From contig CM120640.1 in NCBI GenBank assembly GCA_051362555.1, positions 54,042,788 to 54,106,787 on the forward strand: a stretch of DNA of 64,000 nt, written 5' to 3'. Within the stretch, counting starts at the first letter, position 1, and each line of letters opens with the position of its first letter. The DNA is from Lingula anatina. Taxonomy: Eukaryota > Animalia > Brachiopoda. A program made the position numbers and the translations under genes. A model generated the notes under the pieces. It was not told the origin of the DNA. It did not search any database and saw only the letters and a list, made by a program, of their open reading frames with translations. Of this stretch, positions 25,487 to 39,538 are shown piece by piece.

Positions 25487-28400
25487 ATGGATTTTTCAGG
25501 TAAATGAAAATTAGAAAACATTATTGTTCATAGGCATATTGAAGGTAAAAACGCCCACCTGATCGAAAACGAAAGAGACCATGCAATGGGGCGGAAGTTA
25601 GGGAAGACGGAGCAGGTTGGAGATGGGCGGTTTATTTTTTATTTATTTATTTATTTTTATATTTTTTTTTTTTTGGGGGGGGCTACTTGGGGTAAATTGA
25701 TTTGTGAACGTGCTAGATAAGGTTTAAATTAATTTTCTATATTAAAAAAATCGTAGACATATCTGCCTGCATTACTCAGTACATCACTATCATATGCGTC
25801 GTTTTATCTTCTGGTACTGAGCATAATACCGGGGGCAGTGTATGAGAATGTAATAATTAAAGATATAAACATGGTAAGGAATTGCATAATATTAGGTGAT
25901 TAAATAAAGACCCCCTCTTGTCTTAAAAAAAACAGTCTTGCCATAATGATGTTGCAAAAGCATTTTGCCAGTTCAGCATCCTCACCAAGACAAAACAATT
26001 TTCCTTGATCTAAATCTTGTCTGTGGTATTTATAATACAGTAGTATGTTTCCGAAGATAATAAAATTGACACAGGGGAAATGAATCCAGCTCAAGATGGC
26101 TTTCTGATTGACACAGGCTTCTGGAATATTCAGAGTTCTATATGTAATGTGCTAGTAGATACAATTTTATACAGTGGATTCAGCTTTGATTGAATTTTCA
26201 TTTGTCATATAGCCTCTCTCTGTAAAAGAAAGCAAGTTATTTGCAAATGATAAAGAGAAATGCATGTAATATTTGCTTAATTTGTTCAACATTTCAGATT
26301 TTTCCCTAAAGGTTTATGATGCAGTTTCCACTGACAATAAAACAAAATTGCTGTTTCTCTTAAATGAAAATAAAGAGCTGGTCAGTAATGTGCTGGACCC
26401 CAGTCTTAGTGGCTTTTACTACCTCCATGAGGCTTGTAAGGATGGATTTGAGGAAATTGCACTGGTGCTTGTCAGTAGGGGAGCTAACCTAAATCTTTAT
26501 AAAGACCATGAGGTGAGCATTTTAGTATTAGGATGCATATATGTAGTTGTACCAAAAAGCAAATAAATTTCTTATGTATGTTAAAGAAACATATTTATAA
26601 GAGCTTCAACCTCTTTAGTCAAATCAGAACTTCATGAGAGAACATTTTTATTCTTGTAGAACACATAGCTGCTTAAGGCCGGTGATAGGGTTAAATACGC
26701 TTAAAATCATGTTTTTGAGTTTTTTGTGTGTTTATATTAATCAAAAAAGTATCTAACGGTGGATGTAATAATTTTTATGAATTTGCATCGCAAAATGTGT
26801 CTTTTGATGAGTTTTTCAACCGGCACGCGCCCCAGTCAGGCTGACAACTAAGCCACGCCTCTGTTATTAAGGGCCGTTGCCATGAGGAGGTCGGAGCACA
26901 GTTAATGAGTTATAAGCCGATTACGTAGGTCATAAGTCTTACATCAGCTTAACAGCGAAGAAGTCTAGCTAGTACACTATGGGGAAGAGAAAAGTTCGTG
27001 TTAAAAGTCCATTTCCTGAGGAAAGAAAGAAAATTTTGGACCTATGCGTGGCAGTTGGGGAAAACCGGTCCTATTTGTTTAGACGGATGACTGATTTCTG
27101 AATACCTAATAAATGGGCAAAAGAGTTAATCGAATCGTCTTAATTAATTGACAAATGAAAGAAAAATCGATAAAAAAAAAAACGCTAAAAAGGATACTTT
27201 TTGCCTAGCTAATTTTTGCAACCGGAAATGATTGTTGGTCGCCGTTTGCAAAAGGTAAATCTAATGTTGACAAAATAAAATTTTATTCTCCTAGATATGA
27301 TATCATGGAGCTTGAGAGACACGCGAAAAATTGTGATGTGAATGGCCCAACGAGAGAAATCCAAGCAAGGTTTGACAGCATGATTAAAACAATAAAAATA
27401 AAAACGCATGTTAGCGGCTTTGCATTTTGCGATGTTTGTAGAAAAACAATTTCAAAATCACTGATCAAGCATGCAGAAATGTATCCAAAAATGAAAATCA
27501 CAAAAAGACCCCGAGAATAGTCAAGGCTAGCAGGTAAAAAGCAAATAGGGTTTAAGTGTCATGTGTGTAAAAATAAAATATTTATTCAAAAGCCTTCTCT
27601 CAGCCACTTTTATCGCTGATTCTTGTGCAGCTGAGCGTCTCCCCTTTATCTTAGATGGCATTTTGAGAAATGCCGCTATGAAGTAAACACTGGATTTTTC
27701 CGTTGATCTGACGATTACCAAGTGTCGTGCAAAATAATATTGCAGCGTTACCCGTCAAAAAACTCGTATTAACACAAGTGACGGACACTTGCTCTCGACA
27801 CAGTTTTATCTGATCACTTTGCCGATAACAAAGAAGGAATCTCTCAGGTAAAATTACTCGATTGCCGAGGAAGAGCCATTGAAACGTTCAAATGCAACTT
27901 CACACCTCTTTAATTGCGGTTAAAAGTAATCGCCTTTGTTAGCGCTTCCTTCTACATATCCTTGACACCCTACGGGGCATCACAAGGCTAGGGCCCTCTC
28001 CAGAGCTGTCAATCAAAACGGCGGCACGCTTACATGCCTAACGAGTGGTCGGAAAATGTAACAAAAGCACGATTTTCTGCCCCTTCAAAGCACCCAAACA
28101 AAATATTTTTAGATGACAATAAGCAATGGTTCCATCTGATCGTATAACCGATAACAGGTAAATTTGCCAGCTAAGCATTTGACTAATAAGCCCTGTTAAC
28201 CAACCTGTGAACGTTTTTGGCTGTTTTAACAGCTTTCTATATTGACGAGATAAGTGTATCGCTGCCAAGTATATCTCACTATCTGAGCAACTGATCGTTA
28301 CAAAAGTTGCACCTATTGTTGTTAGGAATGTGGACTACAGCATGATATCAGGGGTTTAAGAGGAAATTGTTTGTTTGAAAGTTATCGCCTTTTGAAGTGA

Positions 28401-31400
28401 ATAACCCATTGAAATGTGGGCTGATTTAACGTAAAAGATGATAAAATCAAAAGTAAATAGTTTAAGACAATTCCCTGGTACCACGCTGTAGTGCTTTCAC
28501 CCAGCTTTATGAGGCCTTTTGAATCACTTGAATAGCTGTCTTGGTTATAGAGAAAATCCCAATACCGAAAATGGCATTTTTCCCCTCAAATTGGCGCCAG
28601 AGCGTCATCCGTTGGACACTGTACTTAATCCCCGTCTTTAATTGGCCTTTTGGGAAGTTTGTTTTAATTTTTTATAAAAACTTATAAGCCCAGGGCTTTG
28701 TTTCTATGACTTTGGTCCTTTTACTATCAGTCACCTTAAAAATACTGAGTATGGTAATAGTCAATGAATTGCTAACATTTTGCTCATTCTATAATTGCAC
28801 GTACATATATTCCTTCCATGATTTTGTAATTCTTCATTAAAAATATGCTTTCTGACATAACCTTCTGCTTTTACATGTAGGTTTTTCTAATCATTTGTAT
28901 ATATTCTTAATGATGCATTAATTTTGATGGCAATATCACATACATGTAATTTAGTTTGGATTTAATGTGGAATTACTAGTACAGTACCGTGGTTTGATGA
29001 TGAGCAGTGTTTTAACAGATACTTGAGTGTCTATTAAAAATGGATTGACGGGTATCTCACAGCTACTAAGTGTATCAGTAAGTGCACTTTGTAACTGTTA
29101 GTATCATCAACACTGCAAGCTATGTACAGGCTGAATAGTATAAATGATAATATGATTGTTTGTTCAGGCAAAGTTCTGACATTATGTTGATAAGCTTAGA
29201 TGGAATTGATATTTTAACATGGTGACTTTGAAAACACATGCTCATTCTGCCATGTGACTTAAACGTGTATATGTACCATCAACCTATGCAGCATTCCAAC
29301 TGCAGTAACAGTAACATCTGTATCGGTGCTCCTTGCTTCACAGATTTGTAAACTGTAAAATAATATTTTTACGTCTTGTAGTTTGTGCCTGTTAACAGAA
29401 GATGAGCCTAATTTTATATACAGACATCTGTTCCTACCTTGGCATACTAACAGCATTGAATAAAGGACTATTAATAGTTTTATCACATGTATAATAATTA
29501 TTTGTCATGATCATTTGAGTATATCTAGATATTTTCTCTTTTTCTATTTTTTATCAATTATTTTCATATTCTCTAGGGCACGCCACTGGCAGTGTGTTGT
29601 ACTCACAATCATAAGTCCCTAGTAGATATCCTTTTACTTGAGGGTGCAGAGATTGGAACCAATGTGTTTGACAGGCATTCCCCTTTACATATTGCCACTT
29701 TCTATGGTCATGTTGATATGATTGACACCTTGCTGGAAAGACGACCAGGTGTGTAAGTTAATAGAAGTTTGATGTTACATATACGTGCACATCTATAGGT
29801 GCATGTAAAGTCATATTTTGGAGTAAATAAGGTGAATACCAGGGTGTCTTATTTATACCCTTCTCCAGATCCCTGTATAGAACTGAATGCATTTGATTCT
29901 CGTGTTTTTAGGATTTGTAAAGGATCCGCATTCACCCCTGATTTTTCAAAAAAAAAAAAAATCTTAAGACCTGTGGACTTTTTTAATGTGTCACGTTGTT
30001 GTACATAATCTTTTTGCATAATTTGATTTTAGAGAATAACTTTTATCATCCAATTTGAAAATAATTTTCTTTTTCAATTATTTATATTTCTTCATTTGAA
30101 GGAAACTTGAACTAGTAAGTAGATATGTAGGTAATGTTGTTAGGAACTGGAACATGTACATGACAGTATTAGCTTTCTAAAATGAGTGGGACATATAGGT
30201 TATCATTATAAATTAAAGGTGCCATAGGTGTCAAAAAGTTAACACTTATGTGATTGTGCTTGTTTGATTAAAGCAGGCCTTTTCTTAATTAGAGACCTTT
30301 CTTTGTAAAGTGCATCAAGGTCAAGATAAGGAATGTGTACTGATACAGTAATGGATATTGAATGGTTGGTCAGAGAACTTGCAAACGATTTTGAACAGTG
30401 AAACAAATTTACTAGTACTTTACTGCTATTTTTTGAGATAGGTCAAACCAAATTGTGGAGATGAAAATAACTGACATTTTGGGGATATTTTTTTACTCTT
30501 TCAGTGTCTTTCTAAGAATCTTGTCTAGACATTAGTGAATCTCTTTCTTTGTTTAATGCCTGTGTGCCGTCTTTAATGTCTAGTTTTTATCCCTATTAAT
30601 CAATGGGGTTATTGTTTGATTGGTTCATTAACTTGTTTATATTTTTTCCAGAAATGGGCAGCAACATGGACTGGTGCAGTTGTATGCTGTATGTGGCCTG
30701 TAAAGGAGGTCACCTTCCTGCTGTGAAAAAATGGGTAGATTTAGCAAATCAGCAGAAGATAGACCTGAAGCAACCTCTACAAATTGTATCTGAATCTGAC
30801 GATGAAGAGTGCCCCAGTCATGAAAGAACTCCTCTTTATGCTGCTTGTTTAGGTACTGATACGTTTTATGTTTTGGAAGTGTCATATGGTCATTGCATTT
30901 AAGGCCTCATTCATATTGAGAATATTGGACTATGTAGATTGATCTAACTCCTTGGGGACTCTTGCTGAATGCAATAAGTTTAACAGATTAACAATAACAG
31001 GCCTCCTGGTGTTGAGTAGAATACAGATACTAGTAAGTTGGCGACTATATGAGTACGTCGGAAACAAGAGATGTGTTAATCTGTTTAAATTGATTGCATT
31101 CAGCAAGAGTCCCCACAGAGTTGGATTTATCTATGTAGTAGAGTAGTTTCAGTGGGGATGAGCCCTAAATACCATTTTATTATTCATTGTATTAAGGACG
31201 CAAATAGTCAGAAAAACCTGACAAAAGGTTTTATGATAAAGTAAAGGATTGCGTAGCCTTGGGGACCATTCCCAGACCCCATCGTACCAACTGTGGGTTG
31301 ATCTATCTCCGAGGGGATTCTCGCTAAATTGCAATCAACTTAAGTGGCTTAGAAGTCTATTATGCCTGTTGAAGCTGCTCGTGTTATTAATTATCATTTA

Positions 31401-31678
31401 GCAGCTTCAGTAGGCATACCAGACATCTAAACCGCTTAAGCTGAAAGCAATTTAGCGAGAAACCCCTGGGAGATGGATCAATCTTGTTAGATCAATCTAG
31501 GTATGGAAACCCAGTCTTGCTTTGTGGATGTGAGAGAGAATAAAGCAAGGCATACATTTAAAGAAGCCAAAGAAGGGTTTCTGAAAGTTTTTTTTTTACG
31601 TTTTCTATACCTCATCATACGTGTACTATACAATTGTAAATTTTGGATCCTTTAATTATTAAAACCATTGCTATTATT

Positions 31679-31722
<44 letters not shown>

Positions 31723-34700
31723 TTGAAAGTCTGGCAGTATCCATTGCATTTAAAGATGATTGTTCCACACGGCCAAGATCGATTTTATAGTTAATGATGA
31801 AAAGTTATGTATTTTCTTAGCTGGCCATCCAGATGTTGCTGACTACCTAATGTACCATGATGCAGAAGTTACACCATTTATAGCAGCCAAGTTTGAACAT
31901 TTCATTAAAGATTTGCTGTACATGCCACGTTATGTGCAAGAAAATAAAGTACAAAATCAGGAAAATGAAGGGAATGAGAGTGATGATGAAGTGGTAACAA
32001 TGATTTTTAATTTAAATATGTCCAAGAATGGGGATGATGCTATTTATGTTTGTAAATAACTTGAAGTAATTTCTGTTAGTGCAAGTCCTTGCTACATGTA
32101 TGTGAGCAATTTTATATTTGTCTATTAATTTGTTTTTATAAATTTCCATTTGTATTGTACATACATTAATTTACAATTATGTGGTGCAATTGAATACAGT
32201 TAAACCACATAGCCATTTATTTGTGTGCATGCATCTCCGTGTGTGTTATCAGTGACAACTAGTACATACATTGGTAGGTTAAGAAAAATAATGTATACCT
32301 ATACATAATATGATTATTAGTTTTGCTCTTGTATGCAAGTGTATAATGGTGTCCTAACTAATTAGAGATACTAATTATTTTAGGAACACAACATCAGGTG
32401 GATGAGGAAAGGTCTGCAGACTTTGCCTCTGCCATGGATCCAGCCGTTTTTACACACTGTGATAACCCTTGACCTGAGTCACAATGGCCTGAAACAATTG
32501 CCAAGCTGTGTGCCCTGGAGTATGCCTAATCTGCATTCTCTCAATATCTCCAACAATGATTTGAGATCTTTTGACACACCCACAGAATATCTGTGTTCCA
32601 AGTAAGATATTTTGATTACCCCCTACCCACCCACCCATGTCAAATAACATGCATTTATAGAACTAAAGTAATTGAATGGTGATTAAAAAAATTAAAGTCA
32701 AACATTAATTTATTGCGATGCCATCTCTTCATTCACTTCTGCTGGTTCTTATGTTCCCCAAAAACTAATTGAGTGCACAGGAACAGTACCTTTGCCATGT
32801 GGCTCATGCTGCTGCACACTTTTTAAACTCATTACGAAAGTTGGGCATAATATCTTGTACTGTTCTTACTCGACATGCATAGGCTACAGATGGAAAAGAT
32901 AAAAATATAGTGTTTGGACACAGCTTTTAAAGTTAGTTTTGTACCACCAATGAGGCTGTGGCAGTACACATGCTTTTAGTCCCAATCCGTCTCCTCTGCT
33001 GGCTCTGTGCCATGTTGGTGGAGACAAGTGATAATTTCCACTTTTCCTCCTAGATTACAAGGGCCTGGTACCCATATCTTAGACTTAGGTTACATAGAAC
33101 ATCAACTTGATCCCCCTAGATTCATGGTTCTGTTGGTGTATTCTTCTAGGTATGATGTTGAGGAATCCACCCTTGTCAATTTTGAATTTAAATTTAAATG
33201 CTAAATACCCTCTAGTAGAAGGAATATGGGAAAAGTCACTATAGAAGTGTACCAAAAGTCGTGGAAATTTGGAATATGCCCTTGGATTTGGCCTTTAATC
33301 TTTATTTGAAGTTTAAATGGGTCAAAATATTGTAAAAAAATTAAAATTAAATTTTCTGTGATCAAATATTTATTTGTGCCGATTTTCAGAAACAACTCAG
33401 ATCTTTGATTTAATATATGGTGAGGAGTTACACTTGGGTTCTCCTTTCATCTTCATGAGTTTTAGATCAATCCATGCATTTTCACAGGAGAAGCCATTGT
33501 TATAGATGCTGAAAATTAAAGCTTTCTCTTGTTCTGGAAGCTGAAAATCTAGAGACCTCTTGTTTGTTGCATTTTGTTGAGCTTGTCAAGCCCATGCAAT
33601 ACTAGAGTTGGTGTATACTGAAGTGCTCCAGAACTACAGTTTTGTAGCAAAGATACGTCCATAGTTACTTTGAACTTGAATAGAAAATTATATATTGAGC
33701 ATCTTATTGTGACCTTGAATATGACCTTTGGCCTTCTTTTCATCATAAAATACACTTCCCCATATTTACCAGTGTGTATGTGCCCTAGTGTATTCTAAGT
33801 ATACATGTGTCCTAGTACTGTACAATATGTAACTATAATTGCCATTTCAGACTCCAAGTGATAAACTTAGCAAACAACCTTTTGTCTGGAGTCCCTATCC
33901 AGCTATACCAGGTGTCCTCTCTACAGAAATTACATCTCAGTCACAACAGATTACAATGTCTGTATATAGGATGTGCTGCAAGTCCATACAACTCTTTAGT
34001 CATAGAAGATAGACACCCAGAAGCCACTAGACAGGGTAAGGGTACAATTTTAAAAATTATATTTATAATGGATAGGATCTACAGATATCAGATTGACAAT
34101 CAATATATCTGAGTCTCTTAAGACAGAGTTTTGTCCTTCTGTCTCTTGTAGACATCACTTTACCATTTCAATTCAATCAAAATCAATCAAACCTTGTGTA
34201 GTTATTTTGGTACTAATACATGTAGAAGCTTGCACTATTGGAGCACCTGGGAATTTTACATATTATTATTAATTATTTTTATTTTGAAAGATACATTTTG
34301 TTTTTAATGTGTCATTTGGAAGTTATTTAATTTGCTTATAAGCTGCCAAACATTTGTGCTGTTTTGGGGTATTTTAGTCAGTATTATATATTGTACATTT
34401 TTTGATTTTCACTGACAGTACATGTAATATGTTGTTTTGAAAATCTCAAAAAAGCTGTTTGACCAGTTATATAATCAATACCTTAATCTTAGTGTCAACA
34501 AGATAACATTAAAAGTTGTAACAATGCTGTCATCTAGCATTGTTGTCTGTTAGTCAAACATTGGTGATGACATCATTGGTCAATATTGAGTTTTATCAGA
34601 CCTCAGATTTGTCAGACCTCATATATAATATATTGTATGCTAATTACATAATGATTTGTAATTTCCTTTATCTGAAAGAGGCAACAACATAATCAGATTG

Positions 34701-37700
34701 TTAAACATTTGATGAAAATTTCTAAGGCATAAATATTTTTCAGGATCTAGCATTGGAAAGATGAACTGCCCATCTCTGAAGCTGCTTGATCTGTCTCATA
34801 ACCTTCTGGAGGAAATTCCAGCTGCCATTCAAGATATTGATGGCCTTCAAAAACTTAATGTGGCACACAATTCCTTACTCCGATTTCCCAAGCCTTGGGG
34901 ATGTAGATTGGTAATTATGATTATTGATATTTGATATAATATTGACTGTAATTATTAATCATGGTGAGACAGTGATTGTGAAGTTTATTGTGTTTACTCT
35001 ATTATTTTTACATATGCAATAATTATTTTGGCTTCCAGGACTATCTTGACCTTTCCCACAATAATTTGGTTTTGTTGCCACCCAACTTTAATGTATTCTG
35101 GGATGATACTTTGAAGGTGCTAAAATTGAACAACAATGAACTTGAAGCCCTCACTGAAGGCATATTTAAGTTGAGTAAGTAGAAATATTAACTGAAAGAT
35201 TATCTTAGTTGGTAACAACTGTTTATTTTTGCTGCCTCCCAACTTTAACAAATTCTGGGATGATACTCTTAAGGTGCTAAAATTGAACAACAATGAACAT
35301 GAGGCCCAATGAACTGAGGGGATATTTAAGTTAAGTAAGTAGATTATCTTGTCCAGTCCATGTATAAAATTTCTATTTGGTAATCTGAACTGAACTGCAG
35401 TAAATATGTATTGCTTCCAAATATTTTCATTTTGAAAGTAACAGTTATATACCTTTATTGTTGTTCTGTGCACTTTCTATCTTCTGAATTTGTATAAAAA
35501 GTTTTGTAACTTTTATTTCAAAGAATCATTGGAAGAACTGGATTTGTCATTCAACAAGTTGGAATATTTGCCAAAGCCAGATCTTTGGACTCTAGGGAGT
35601 CTGAAAAATTTAAACCTCTCTCACAACAATTTTGGGTATCAAACAGCTGCTAGTCCCACAGAGTCCAGGTATTATGTGCTCAGTTATATGTTTAAAACAT
35701 TTTTGTTTAATTTTATACAATGTAGAATTGGACTGCCTTACAGTTATTTGCTTACGATGTATTTTTGTTTATTTTTTAATCTCGCTAATTTGCCAATATT
35801 GAATCATTATTTTTATACATGTATGTTATGCATAGGTAACATGATTGTACAACATATTTTGGTTATTCACTTACCTTAATCAATAGGGGTATATATATGA
35901 TCAATTAACAAAATCACTGAAAGAGGAGTAAATGTGACTACCTGTATTTTCCAGGTCTCCAGGGAAGGTTTTTGAACGCTTTAAGGAGTTATATCACAGG
36001 CACAGAACGGGGACCAATGCTCCAGCATCTAATGATTATTTCATGGAGTTTCCACCAGGCTTAAGGGAGACTTTATGTTACCTGGATCTGAGCCACAACC
36101 ACCTGCCAACTGTACCCAGTAGTGTGTGTAGACTGGAACGCTTAGAGAGGCTGAATATTAGAGGGTAATTATGGTGAATTGCAAGGTTACATTGAGAGAC
36201 ACCAGTTGCAGTCATTGAAATGAATTTTCCTGGGGTAAACAGCAATTTTCCCATACTTACCAATGGTTAATGAATCCATTTCTACATTCAAAGTTAGTCC
36301 CTGGGTTTTTTGTAAAAAAGTTTTTTTTTTTTTTTTTTTTGTAATAATCTCTCAAGAGATTATTATAGAGTATAGCCATCTATGGAGGACATGTGGTCCG
36401 ATGGTGAGCACATATTTCAGATTTATTGCTACAACTGCCATTTTTGTGGTAAAAAAGAATATATTATATTTCTATGAGTTGTTTACAATGTATTTATTGT
36501 GAAATATGGATCTCATATGAAGAGTTGTTATCCCTTTAATAATCATCGGAATTCAGAGGACATGTAGAAGGCAGTACATTATTTATTTGGATGATATCTG
36601 ATTAAATAGGGTGCAAATTGGTCAAACCAAAACAACATAAAAAAGATTGCACAAGACAAGGTACCAGATTATCAGGAGCTTGTTTGCATTTTTGAAAGTT
36701 TTTAATTGTTTATTGAAAGAATTTACAAATAAGCCATTTCACATTTTTGTAGTTCCTTGGCTAAAACAGAAATAATGCACCAATAATTTTTAAGTGCCTT
36801 GTCTGACATTGTCACATGGAAGATGTTGCATTTTTTGATTAATTTTTTTTTTCAGAAATCCCATCAAAGAGCTTCCATTGGAGCTTGGCAATTTGCTTGG
36901 ATTGTGGCATTTCAAGGTAGAGAAGTCTCAACTACAGAACCTTCCACCTCATCTTTGGCCTCAAGGTACACAAGGTTAGGCTGTAACCAACATAATTTCA
37001 GTCAAATGCTAACAACTTATTATTTTTGACTAGTTGAGTAAAACAACATTTTGCTTGATAGAGGCAATTGTTAAATATATGTGACCATTCTAAAATTTCC
37101 ATTTGTCTTTTAAAGAGTTTCAGACCTGATATGGACCATGCAGCTTCTACATATTTATTTTTGCCTACTAAACTAATAAGCATGCATATATGGAAATATG
37201 AAAATGAAAAAATTGACATTTCCTTACACCTGAATCTCAGGAATTATAAAGGGTATTAATTGTCCAAAGTCAAGGTAGAGAAGTCTCTACTGCAGAACCT
37301 TCCTCCTCACCTTTGGCCACAAGGTTAGGCTGAAACTTACTTCTTTTTTTTTTTTTTTTTTTGATAAATGAATATAGACAAACTTTTCTTCTGTTTGCAG
37401 ATGATTCTCATTCCTACCGCTGCAGAGACCTTCTCCATCACTGTCGCTTGAAGCTGAGAAAATCAGAGCCAAACAGGAGGATCAAGATGATGGTTGTAGG
37501 AAGAGAGGTAGAGTTACAAACTACCAAGTTTTAAGATAACATTAATAAAGATATCATAATGAGGGTTTATTGTGCTCTTTGCAAAATTTAAAACATATTG
37601 AATGTATATACAGAATATAAAGATGAAATATGGGATTAGTTAATAAATATACCTTTAAAATAAATATGAAAGGAAAAAACCGAGAATAAAATGTATTTTC

Positions 37701-39498
37701 CGCTGTTCATTTAAAAGCTAAAAGTTTATGAACATGGTTCATTGGTATATGTCTAGGCAATATGATAAGTAAGTGTTTCCATATCGTTTCGTTCGACATT
37801 TTGGTAAAAGATATCCACCTGCTGAATTATACGTTTCTTTGCTTTAGATTCCCTGCATTAACTTATTAGGATAAACATTATTTATAATGGTCTTGTAGGA
37901 GAGAGGAAAAAGTTGTCTGATAGCTGCTCTTCAAGGAAAGCCACTGCCAAAGCCAGTGGCCACAAACGGCATTCATCTTGACAATGAAATGTGGAATCTG
38001 AGAGGATCGCAGTTCAAGAAACTGTTCAAAGATAAGAAGGTTGGGAAAAGTTCAGATCATAAAACTGTTTGACATTAATGCAACACCATTTGGTTAATAT
38101 TATTAGTAGCAGATTGAATTTCAGTTTGCCATGAACAGGGGTTTGTCCTTACCTCATACACAAAGAGACCCATGGCTGTTTAGTTGACAAAGCTGGTAGA
38201 AATAAAGAAACCAAAATTGGTGAAGTTGAGATCTTTGTGCAAAATTACCTTTTCTGTTCAAACTGTTCATAAGCAAACAAATGCTTGAAAAATTTGACAT
38301 AAAACATATTAATTGCTAAATGCATTCTGCAGAATCTGCCCAATGTTGAGATAGCAGTGTGGGACTGTGCTGGTCAAGAGGATTTCTACACCACTCACCA
38401 ATGTTTTGTCACACCCAATGCTCTATACCTTGTTGTGTGGAAACTAGTGCTACATGAACAAGGTGTTGACAACATTAGGCAGTGGCTTCTCAATATAGAG
38501 GTAGTATTACATGATATTATAGTATTGCATACATTTTAGTTACATGCATTTAACATCTCTTATTAAGACATTATTTTAGGGGTTTTCTTTAAATAAAAAT
38601 AATGTAACACGTCTGTAGCAAGGTGGGAAACACTTAACTGAGACTTTGACACTAACCGTTAATTTTGGCAGGAAGTACAGGTTTCTAAGCTTAATTACCA
38701 GCACATGGTGGAACCTGTAAATCATATTGCTACAGATGGAGTACTAAGATATAAAGCGGGATAAAAAGTATCTATAAGGCCATAATTTACTAGTTTATGC
38801 AGATTTTATAGTATAACTATTAGATGAAGTTTGTGATATAACTACCAATGTAATTCTCTGGCTTTTAAATATGGAGATTTGGATAGGTTTATTAATTCTT
38901 CAGTATTTTAATTACAAGTAACAGATTAGGTTGGTTTTTCTTTGAATACTTAAAATTCTATGAACTACCAATCTTGAGTTAAGCAAAAGAATATAATGAT
39001 AAAATATTAGAACTATTGATTTAGTCCAGAGCCCCAGGTTCTACTGTGATCATAGTGGGCACCCACCTGGATCAGCTAGACAAGGGGAAAAGGGCTGACA
39101 AGATTGTAGAGCTTACAGACCGCATTCAACAACTGTATGGAAGCCATGGTTACCCCAAGATAGCCCACGTCCAAGCTGTGTCCAGTACCTCAAAGGATCA
39201 GGAAGGAATTAGAGAACTAAGGGAGAAGATTTACATGACAGCAGTCACAATGGGGGATGTACACTGCAGATCTGAGAGATGGATTGGGAAAATGGTGAAT
39301 ATAAGGTTACCTACTTAAAAAATCTTGGAATAATTGGTCTGATGATGTTGATGATTGCTAAATCTAAACATTTGTTTGTTTCTGTATATGTTTAGTTTTA
39401 AATCCTGTGAAGAATGAATAATTTAAGCACTAACAATTATATATAAATATACATATGCCCGTCGTAAGCACATAAGCAAATAACACTACCTGCTGATG

Positions 39499-39538
<40 letters not shown>

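Noticed and set aside
28990-29135. ATGATGA...CTGA with imperfect hairpin, possible C/D snoRNA
   Set aside because: No terminal stem and no recognisable rRNA guide; such motifs are common in AT-rich introns.
36254-36262. atacttacc resembles the U1 snRNA 5' end
   Set aside because: Downstream sequence is not U1 and belongs to an interspersed repeat.
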